From Candidatus Micrarchaeota archaeon (GTDB lineage: Archaea > Micrarchaeota > Micrarchaeia > Anstonellales > Bilamarchaeaceae): a stretch of 64,000 nt of DNA. A program made the translations under genes and the position numbers. Positions 20,921-27,922 of the stretch are shown piece after piece. The stretch is taken from assembly GCA_038046805.1 (NCBI GenBank), contig JBBSVO010000006.1, positions 103,314-167,313 on the forward strand, read 5' to 3'. Numbering within the stretch: the first letter of the stretch is position 1; each line of letters opens with the position of its first letter. Below the pieces are notes generated by a model that worked only from the letters and a program-made list of their open reading frames with translations, ran no database searches and was not told where the DNA came from.

Positions 20921-20986
20921 ACTGACTGTAGTGTTTTCGCACCTCTTTTAATATTTCCCATTTATAACTTCTGTTAGTGATTTCAG

Positions 20987-22279
20987 ATGTCAGACTTTTC
21001 AGGTTTTTATAAACTCTCTATTGAGGAAAAGCTACGACTGCTAAAGGAAAAATACGGGCTTACAGATGACGAGCTGGCAGTCCTGCGAAAGGATGGCTCG
21101 CTCGGATTGGGCACTGCGGTCAATATGATAGAGAATGTGATCGGCACGCATGGCCTTCCGCTCGGAATCGCGACTAATTTCATAATTAATGGCAAAGAAT
21201 ACCTTATTCCATTTGCAATAGAAGAGGCAAGCGTTGTTGCAGCCGCGAGTTATGGTGCAAAGCTCGCAAAGGAAAGTTCGGGGGGGTTTACTGCGGAATC
21301 AGACCAACCGGTAATGATAGGCCAAATCCAAATCGTTGGTGTCCCCTCAATTAAGGAAGCACAAAAGAAAATCTCCAAAAAGAAAGCCGAGCTTATTTCT
21401 TATGCGAATACTGTCGATCCGATGGTGATGGTAAAATTCGGAGGAGGCCTGCGCGACATTGAAACAAAGGAAATCAACACCCCGAATGGAAAAATGTTGA
21501 TCGTTCATTTGTTAGTGGATTGCCGCGATGCAATGGGTGCCAATGCAGTGAACACACTTGCGGAAACTTTAGCACCGCAATTCGCAGAATTAAGCGGTGG
21601 AAAGGTGCGGCTCAAAATAATCTCAAACCTTGCGATTCACAGGAAGGCACGCGCACGCGCAGTGTGGAAGAAAGAAATTCTTGAACAAAGCACAAAAGGC
21701 CTGATGAAAGGCGAAGAAGTAGTTGATGGAATAATCGACGCATGGGCATTTGCAGCAGGAGATCCATTTCGTGCGGCAACCCATAATAAAGGAATAATGA
21801 ATGGAATCGATGCAGTGGTTATGGCAACCGGAAACGACTGGCGAGCAGTGGAGGCAGGTGCTCACGCGTTTGCTGCAATGGATGGAAAATACAAACCGCT
21901 TACTAAATATCACAAGGATAAAAACGGAGACCTTGTCGGAGAAATTGAGTTGCCGCTCGCTGTCGGGCTTGTTGGAGGTGCTACAAAAGTCCATCCAACC
22001 GCGAAAATAGCAGTAAAACTTCTCGGAGTAAAAAGTGCGCAGGAGCTTGCGCAGGTCATTGCGGCAGTCGGCCTTTCGCAGAACTTCGCTGCATTAAGGG
22101 CACTTTCATCCGAAGGTATCCAGCGCGGGCACATGCGGCTCCACGCAAGAAACCTCGCAACCCAGGCCGGTGCGTCAAGCGCAGTGGAACTGGAGGAAGT
22201 AGTAAATGCGCTTGTGGAAAACAAAAAATTCAATGTTGATTTTGCAAAAGAAACACTAAAAAAATTAAGAGGGGTCTAG
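20987..22279 (+). CDS. hmgA: HMG-CoA reductase, class II (bacterial-type)
   Basis: 430 aa, no membrane anchor. ENVIGTHGLPLGIA, EEASVVAAASYGAKLA, DAMGANAVN, ATHNKGIMNGIDAVV and GIQRGHMRLH align along the whole length with class II enzymes such as staphylococcal MvaA. Confidence 0.9.
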   Translation: MSDFSGFYKLSIEEKLRLLKEKYGLTDDELAVLRKDGSLGLGTAVNMIENVIGTHGLPLGIATNFIINGKEYLIPFAIEEASVVAAASYGAKLAKESSGGFTAESDQPVMIGQIQIVGVPSIKEAQKKISKKKAELISYANTVDPMVMVKFGGGLRDIETKEINTPNGKMLIVHLLVDCRDAMGANAVNTLAETLAPQFAELSGGKVRLKIISNLAIHRKARARAVWKKEILEQSTKGLMKGEEVVDGIIDAWAFAAGDPFRAATHNKGIMNGIDAVVMATGNDWRAVEAGAHAFAAMDGKYKPLTKYHKDKNGDLVGEIELPLAVGLVGGATKVHPTAKIAVKLLGVKSAQELAQVIAAVGLSQNFAALRALSSEGIQRGHMRLHARNLATQAGASSAVELEEVVNALVENKKFNVDFAKETLKKLRGV

Positions 22280-22284
22280 ATTTT

Positions 22285-23742
22285 ATGGAAAAAGAAGACA
22301 TTGCTTTATCTTTGCTTATTGCGCTAGTGGTTTTTGGTCTTTTCGTGGCATTTTCTCCAGCAGGTTTGTCTGAGGAAGGTTATTCAGAGCTTCTGGGGAG
22401 TTCGTTATTCGTATTATTTCTTGCTCCGTTGAGGCTGGAGGGGGTAAAAGTTCTTCTCTTGCTTGCCGCAATTGCAAGCGGAATTCTTGTTTATCTGTTT
22501 TCCACATCGTTCGGAAATCGTATCTCTGCTTTTTTAATCGCGCTTTTGGTTGTTTTCGCCCCATTCGTAATCTCAGGTTTTATTTATGGCATTTCAATTT
22601 TTTCCTTTATCGCCCTTCCGTTTTTCCTGTCGGCCATTTTCTTATTCAGGCAGGATAGTGCATTAAAATTCATATCCGCAGTTCCAACGCTCATAGGTCT
22701 GCTTCTTGTTTTTCCTTCATTATCGTTTTCACTTGACAGTATCGCTAATTTCAGGCATGTTGGCATTCTTCTTCCATTTGCAGTTATTGCGCTTTCCGAA
22801 ACCGTGCGGAAAAAAATAATCTCAATAGAGTTTATCGCGTTCATACTAGGGGCTGCACTTTGTTTCCTTAGTCCTGCTCTTTCAATTCCACTTTTGGTTT
22901 TGGCTTCGGCGCATCCGCTCGCAGAGTTTTTCAATTCGCAGGACAAAATCTCATGGATCCTTCTAACATTTGCATTTGCGTTTTTCCTTTCATTTAATCC
23001 TCTCAATCCATCATCCGAGCTTCTTTCTGCAATCGCTCTTTCCGCCACGGCAACAGTTATTGCATACCTTATACTGTCGCTTTATGATTTCAATATTTCT
23101 ACATCAATTCCGATTATCGTGATTTTCATCATCACGCTTGCGTCGGGTCTCGCACTGTTGCCGCTTTATACTTCTCCGGTTCAAGCACCTTCGAATGTAT
23201 TGCTTGAGGCATTTCGGTTCGATGTTACCAATGATTATTCATCATCAACAGCCATAACCGAATTCCCCAACGCATATAGATATCATACTGCAAAAAGTCC
23301 AATCCTGTTGACATCAAACGATCTTTTGTCAGAAGTCCCGCTTCCATATGATTATACTATCCTTTCCTCCAGCTCGGTTTTCAACATGTTCGGTGAGCGT
23401 ATGGTCGCATTCCGTCCAATATCAACGAATACGGACCCGGCAACCGGAAAACAATCTGCTGTTTTAGCGAATCGCGATCTGTTGCTTTCGGTTCCAATTT
23501 CCGCGGATGGTTCTACGATATCAGGAGATGGCCAGCTCTACGATTTCTCTTTGCGTTTCGTAAAATCAGTTCCGTTCACAAAACTCAGGATGTTTGACAA
23601 GTCTGCATCTATTTCTGATCCGCAGAACGTGTTGATCATCACGGAACAGATAACCGACAGCAATCTTTACAAGATTATTATGTATTCTGATGTCGTTTAT
23701 TCAAAGGACGGGGTAAAGATATTCAAACTGGTGAAAAAATGA
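22285..23742 (+). CDS. Polytopic membrane protein with soluble C-terminal domain (possible glycosylation-related)
   Basis: 485 aa. About 300 aa of hydrophobic helices followed by a ~180-aa domain. Its stop overlaps the aglH-like start by 4 nt. The C-terminus YSKDGVKIFKLVKK resembles the AglB C-terminus GNEIKIFKLEE. Confidence 0.6.
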   Translation: MEKEDIALSLLIALVVFGLFVAFSPAGLSEEGYSELLGSSLFVLFLAPLRLEGVKVLLLLAAIASGILVYLFSTSFGNRISAFLIALLVVFAPFVISGFIYGISIFSFIALPFFLSAIFLFRQDSALKFISAVPTLIGLLLVFPSLSFSLDSIANFRHVGILLPFAVIALSETVRKKIISIEFIAFILGAALCFLSPALSIPLLVLASAHPLAEFFNSQDKISWILLTFAFAFFLSFNPLNPSSELLSAIALSATATVIAYLILSLYDFNISTSIPIIVIFIITLASGLALLPLYTSPVQAPSNVLLEAFRFDVTNDYSSSTAITEFPNAYRYHTAKSPILLTSNDLLSEVPLPYDYTILSSSSVFNMFGERMVAFRPISTNTDPATGKQSAVLANRDLLLSVPISADGSTISGDGQLYDFSLRFVKSVPFTKLRMFDKSASISDPQNVLIITEQITDSNLYKIIMYSDVVYSKDGVKIFKLVKK

Positions 23743-24773
23743 CGCAACTGCTTCCTATTCCGATTACTGCTGGAGGTCCGATTACGTATATCCTCCTAGC
23801 AGTGATTTCGTTCGCAGTTTCATATCTTTTCTCTTATTTTCTTGTCCCAAGGCTCAAACGTGCCGGCATAACCGGACATGATGTAAACAAGCCAGATAAG
23901 CCTGAAGTCGCGGAAATGGGTGGTTTTTCAATAATCGCAGGATTTACGGCGGGGGTCCTGCTCGCGGTTTTCTTCAACACGTTTTTTTCATACAATTTTG
24001 ACCTGGTAAAGGTTCTTGCTGCATTAATTACAATTCATTCTGTTGCTTTTATCGGGGTGGTTGATGACCTTATTTCAATCCCCCAGAGAATCAAGGCATT
24101 TCTTCCACTTGTTGCAGCAGTTCCGCTTGTTGCAATAAAAGCCGCAGGTAGCACGGCAATTCTCATTCCATTCATAGGCACAGTTGATTTTGGACTTGCT
24201 TACACTCTGCTTTTGATTCCGCTTGGGGTTGCGGTTGCATCAAATCTGACAAATATGCTTGCTGGTTTCAATGGGATGGAATCTGGGATGGGAAGCATAA
24301 TATTCGCTGCAATGGCGCTTCTTGCTTTCAATAATGGAAGCGTGGAAATGCTTGTTCTTTTTGTTCCAATGCTCGGAGCACTTCTCGGATTTCTTCCATA
24401 TAATCTCTTCCCAGCAAAAGTGTTTCCTGGGGATGTGGGTAACCTTTCTATAGGCGCGGTTCTCGCAGCAGGAGTGATAATAGGAAATATCGAAGGCGCG
24501 GGTGCGTTTATCCTTTCCCTGTATGTGCTGGACTTTTTCATAAAGCTGAAAAACCGATTCCCAAGCAGAGATTGGTGGGGAGAGATTCGAGCCGAGAAGG
24601 GTGCGAAGGCAATTGGCGAAGTAAAACTCTATCCAGTGGGTGGAAAGGTTCGCGGGTTTGCCCAGTTTATAATGAAATTGCACAACGGGGCTACTGAGTT
24701 GAGGCTTGTTGCGTGCTTTGTTTTCCTGCAGATAATTGTCGCGTTGCTTGTTCTTTTGGCATATTGGAAGTAG
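23739..24773 (+). CDS. aglH: Dolichyl-phosphate GlcNAc-1-phosphate transferase-like (GT4, MraY/WecA/AglH family)
   Basis: 344 aa, polytopic. GVVDDL and NMLAGFNGMESG motifs. Confidence 0.8.
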   Translation: MTQLLPIPITAGGPITYILLAVISFAVSYLFSYFLVPRLKRAGITGHDVNKPDKPEVAEMGGFSIIAGFTAGVLLAVFFNTFFSYNFDLVKVLAALITIHSVAFIGVVDDLISIPQRIKAFLPLVAAVPLVAIKAAGSTAILIPFIGTVDFGLAYTLLLIPLGVAVASNLTNMLAGFNGMESGMGSIIFAAMALLAFNNGSVEMLVLFVPMLGALLGFLPYNLFPAKVFPGDVGNLSIGAVLAAGVIIGNIEGAGAFILSLYVLDFFIKLKNRFPSRDWWGEIRAEKGAKAIGEVKLYPVGGKVRGFAQFIMKLHNGATELRLVACFVFLQIIVALLVLLAYWK

Positions 24774-24877
24774 TGAGAGTGAGCTGGTCGTGAGTGGGGC
24801 TCAAAGTTAACTGATTTTTGTTAATCTTTTTTTAACCTTTTTTGTTAAAACGTGTGGATTATAAATTGTTTTATTCA

Positions 24878-25879
24878 ATGGATATATGTGAATATATGGA
24901 AAGAACAAAGGTATTCATAGTTTTGGGAGAACACGGTGGCCATGGTAGTCCTGCCAATACGCGATTCTTCAGGCGTGCAGTCTGCTCTTTCTTAGATGAG
25001 ATACTTCAGGATGGGAAAAAAGCAACGATGATATATGAAACTGCGTTATACAATTATCCGTTTGGGTGTATGCCGGGAAAGAGTCTTAATGCATCTCGAA
25101 TCCAGGGCTACTTGGACGAAGCCGAACCCAAAAAACATGAAACGATGGCGGCTTTTCAAGCCACGCTTTCTAGTTTGGAGTCGCGTGCAAATGAAAATTT
25201 AAACGCAATTGTCGGCAAAGGAAATCCACTTAGCCTATTTGATGGACTTGGCTTTGAAGATATGGTTCTTGCCATGAATCGCAGAAATATTTGGCAAGTC
25301 AACGTAGTCATTGATCCGCAAAACGTAGATGCAATGTATGCGACATGGGCGCTTAAACAGATTGAAGGCCTGGTTTCAACAGCAAGAATTTCTATGGCAA
25401 GATTGTGTAGCAGTGAAACGACTGAGCTCATAAAGAAATGTTTGAGTGCAGAAGCTGAGTTTTTGGTTTTGCATGATCGTCAGGTATTCTCATTGGTTGA
25501 ACGGCTAAGAGCTCAAAATCCAGAAATGCCGGTAATAATTGTTAGGGGTAGTGCACATGCAGGGATTTCCAGATTGTTTGATCCTAAAGAATATGATGTT
25601 CGGATTGAACAGGATGGCAGAATCATTCCAGGGTTTGGTCCTGATGCGGCTTCAAAAAGATATATCGGAGAAAATTTGACCGAATGTGAATTGAATGGTT
25701 ATGCGAAATTAACACAGTCATTTCTGCTGTATCTGAACGACCTTTCTCGCGGATTACGCGGATTTGTAAAAATGGTTTTGGTTTTTGTCGGGGCACAGGA
25801 TGTTCTATTCAGGTGGGCTAAAAAATATGCAATAAAGCAAAATCCTGAAATTGCACAAGAACTTGGTTTATCTACTTAA
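24878..25879 (+). CDS. Hypothetical protein
   Basis: ORF of roughly 333 aa from the first ATG (the track uses the TTG at 24842). No recognised motif. Confidence 0.5.
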   Translation: MDICEYMERTKVFIVLGEHGGHGSPANTRFFRRAVCSFLDEILQDGKKATMIYETALYNYPFGCMPGKSLNASRIQGYLDEAEPKKHETMAAFQATLSSLESRANENLNAIVGKGNPLSLFDGLGFEDMVLAMNRRNIWQVNVVIDPQNVDAMYATWALKQIEGLVSTARISMARLCSSETTELIKKCLSAEAEFLVLHDRQVFSLVERLRAQNPEMPVIIVRGSAHAGISRLFDPKEYDVRIEQDGRIIPGFGPDAASKRYIGENLTECELNGYAKLTQSFLLYLNDLSRGLRGFVKMVLVFVGAQDVLFRWAKKYAIKQNPEIAQELGLST

Positions 25880-25961
25880 CCTCACGATACAAAACCCGAG
25901 ACCGAGTGAACGTCCGACAGAACGAAGCGTCGTTCCATAGGACACTAGACAAAAAATAAAA

Positions 25962-26109
25962 TAGCGGGGGATGGATTGACAGCTTCACTGGAAATTTTTG
26001 GTTGCCAGACCAAAGCTTTTGAACCATCGACCTCCGGGTTATGAGCCCGGCGGGAACTATGGTTAGTGCGACCTAAATCGCAAAAATCTCCAAGCTCCCC
26101 CACCCCGCT
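25962..26109 (-). tRNA. Initiator tRNA-Met (CAT) with two non-canonical introns (D-loop and T-loop)
   Basis: Minus strand reads AGCGGGG-TG-GGGG-AGCTTGG...TCCC-G-CCGGG-CTCATAA-CCCGG-AGGTC-GATGG-TTCAA[42 nt]AT-CCATC-CCCCGCT-A. The AGCGGGG acceptor and CCGGG/CCCGG anticodon stem fit the archaeal initiator. Anticodon at 26041-26043. T-loop insert 25977-26018, D-loop insert about 26057-26088. Mature length about 75 nt. Confidence 0.75.
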
Positions 26110-26138
26110 AACGTAAAATGTTATTTGTCCACGAGCAT

Positions 26139-26666
26139 TTAAAAATACGTGAGCGCAAGCGTTCCAAGATATGCGAGCAAAACATATCTCGCAGTTCTTC
26201 CAATCACACAAGCCAGCAAAAACCTTTTCCAATCGATTCCGATACTCCCAGCAGCTATTCCTGCAACATCAAACGCGGGATTAGGAATTGCGGACAAAAC
26301 AAAAATCGCAAAAAAATCATTTTTCCTGATCCATTCCTTCCATTTTTTGAATCGTCCGTCCAATTCTTTCTTTACAATGTTAGATGCCCCGGCGCCAACA
26401 GAATATCCGGTTATTTCTCCAAGTCCAGAACCAATGCCTGCAACAACTCCGACGATATATGGGTTAAGCACTCCTCCAATTGCGATTACTGCCGCCCAAC
26501 CCGGCGCAGGAATAAAAATAAGCGCGGAACTTAATAAAGAAATTACGAATACTCCGGCGTATCCCAGTTCTTTGAGTTTTTCTATATCTGCACTAATATA
26601 CCAAATTGCTGCAATTACAATCAGTGCAAACAGCACCTGAAGTGCTCCTTTCGTTCGCTCATCCAT
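26139..26666 (-). CDS. DedA/YqaA (VTT-domain) membrane protein
   Basis: Start reassigned to the ATG at 26666 (MDERTK...), because the upstream part of the track ORF overlaps tRNA-Ala. Motifs IFIPAPGW, GSGLGEITGY, PNPAFDVAGIAAG. Confidence 0.75.
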   Translation of the reverse strand: MDERTKGALQVLFALIVIAAIWYISADIEKLKELGYAGVFVISLLSSALIFIPAPGWAAVIAIGGVLNPYIVGVVAGIGSGLGEITGYSVGAGASNIVKKELDGRFKKWKEWIRKNDFFAIFVLSAIPNPAFDVAGIAAGSIGIDWKRFLLACVIGRTARYVLLAYLGTLALTYF

Positions 26667-26725
26667 AAGAATTAGTCTCTGCCAGTCTTTTAAAATTGTT
26701 CTGCATCCAAATATTATTCTCATTT

Positions 26726-26842
26726 GGGCTCGTAGCTCAGAAGCAGAGCACTCGCCTTGCACGCGAGGGGCCGAGGGTGCGAGAGCTTTGAAATCACCGA
26801 TTTCAAAATTAGTCGGCAAAGCCGTCTATCCCTCCGAGTCCA
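26726..26842 (+). tRNA. tRNA-Ala (TGC) with a 45-nt T-loop intron
   Basis: GGGCTCG-TA-GCTC-AGAAGCA-GAGC-A-CTCGC-CTTGCAC-GCGAG-GGGCC-GAGGG-TGCGA[45 nt, 26783-26827]AT-CCCTC-CGAGTCC-A. G3:U70 alanine identity pair present. Anticodon at 26758-26760. Confidence 0.75.
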
Positions 26843-26948
26843 TTTTGAAGAAATGGACTGACTTGAACCGCAGTTCAAGCCGAAGTCCATTTTGAAGAAA
26901 TGGACTGACTTGAAAGATTCGTCTTTCAAGCTGAAGTCCAATTTTTTT
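26836..26948 (+). repeat. Tandem ~46-51 nt double-hairpin units that begin inside the tRNA-Ala 3' end
   Basis: GAGTCCATTTTGAAGAAATGGACTGACTTGAA occurs at 26836 and, as GAAGTCC..., at 26882. A third partial GAAGTCCA lies at 26933. Each unit folds as AGTCCATTT/AAATGGACT plus a CTTGAA.../...TTCAAG hairpin. Confidence 0.7.
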
Positions 26949-27093
26949 CTTTGGAAAACAATGCGCATTAACAGCGTTTTTTTGCCCCGCTGTTAATTGC
27001 GGACAAAATTTATGAAACTTTTTCCTCCATCAAAACCTTTTTAACCATTTCGCAGGTATTACCCTCAATTGTTTGAAATTCGGGGTGTGACAA

Positions 27094-27195
27094 ATGAGAC
27101 CGATATACATTGACGAGGACGAAGATATGGACGACGATGACTTTGACGAAGAAGAGTGGGATGAAGAAGGTGGCGAAGAAGACGAAGAATTCTAA
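27094..27195 (+). CDS. Candidate 33-aa highly acidic small ORF
   Basis: ATG preceded by GGGGTGTGA. Translates to MRPIYIDEDEDMDDDDFDEEEWDEEGGEEDEEF and is followed by T-runs. No homology argument is possible from here. Confidence 0.25.
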   Translation: MRPIYIDEDEDMDDDDFDEEEWDEEGGEEDEEF

Positions 27196-27301
27196 TCCTC
27201 ACTGGTGTTTTCATTTTTTGTTTTTTGTTTTTTAAAATCCGAGACGGGGTATTGAAAACCAACTTTTATATTATCTATTATACCTTAGAATATATTATAA
27301 C

Positions 27302-27518
27302 GGGCCCGTGGCGCAGCCTGGATAGCGTAGCAAGGCTTATTAAGTAAGTTTGTTAATAAGCTCTAGAAGCCTTCTAAGCTGACGGTCATGAGTTCAAGCA
27401 CAAGCCTTTTGGATTTCAGAAGCATTAAGACAAACGGCTAGTGTTTACCCAAAATCATGGAGAAGCATAATCAACGCGAAACTTGTGGTGTAAGAAAGAA
27501 CATATCTCATCGGGCCCG
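27302..27518 (+). tRNA. Putative tRNA-Arg (TCT), 217 nt, with two introns (anticodon stem about 36 nt, T-loop 106 nt)
   Basis: GGGCCCG-TG-GCGC-AGCCTGGATA-GCGT-A-GC[27332-27367]AGC-CTTCTAA-GCTGA-CGGTC-ATGAG-TTCAA[27398-27503]AT-CTCAT-CGGGCCC-G. Acceptor, D-arm and T-stem are perfect. Removing both inserts gives 75 nt. The anticodon-arm assignment is the weakest part. Confidence 0.55.
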
Positions 27519-27576
27519 AAGTTTATTATCCTGCAAAATTAGAAACAATAATGCGAAACACAATTTAGGTGAGTCT

Positions 27577-27828
27577 ATGCAAAACAACAAAGTAGGTGAG
27601 GCCATCTCTCTTTTGGATATGCTCTCAAATGAATCATCAATTCCAAAGAATATACGAAAAGCACTTTCAGATGCCAAACAAAGGCTTGAATCCAATGAAG
27701 AACTCAATGTTAAGGTCAGTGCTGCAGTTTATATTATAGATTCTATAAGCGATGATATCAACATGCCAGCTCATGCACGAACCCAGATATGGGGGGTTGT
27801 GAGCATGCTGGAATCCATGAAAGCATGA
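27577..27828 (+). CDS. UPF0147 family small protein
   Basis: Start moved to the ATG at 27577 (MQNNKVGEAISLLDML...IPKNIRKAL...DDINMPAHARTQIWGVVSMLE), which matches the conserved archaeal UPF0147 pattern. The upstream part of the track ORF overlaps the tRNA. Confidence 0.75.
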   Translation: MQNNKVGEAISLLDMLSNESSIPKNIRKALSDAKQRLESNEELNVKVSAAVYIIDSISDDINMPAHARTQIWGVVSMLESMKA

Positions 27829-27873
27829 TGAAATTTTTAAATTTCATCAATCATGAACGATTCGTCGTTCATG
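27827..27873 (+). terminator. Two consecutive hairpins after the UPF0147 gene
   Basis: GATGAAATTT/AAATTTCATC, then TCATGAACGA-TTCG-TCGTTCATG (a UUCG-type loop). Confidence 0.5.
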
Positions 27874-27922
27874 GTTTGATCTTGTAGTTAATCCGCACGC
27901 TGCGCTGTGGCGGTGCTTTTTT

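Noticed and set aside
25945-26232. 95-aa minus-strand ORF, plus the N-terminal extensions of ORFs 26139..26819 and 26720..26968
   Set aside because: They overlap the iMet and Ala tRNA genes and the hairpin repeats. The DedA-like gene has a clean internal ATG at 26666.
26836-26948. CRISPR array (also considered for 63466..63850)
   Set aside because: Only 2-3 units are present, with no unique spacers of regular length. The repeats are themselves contiguous or irregularly spaced, and there are no cas genes in the window.
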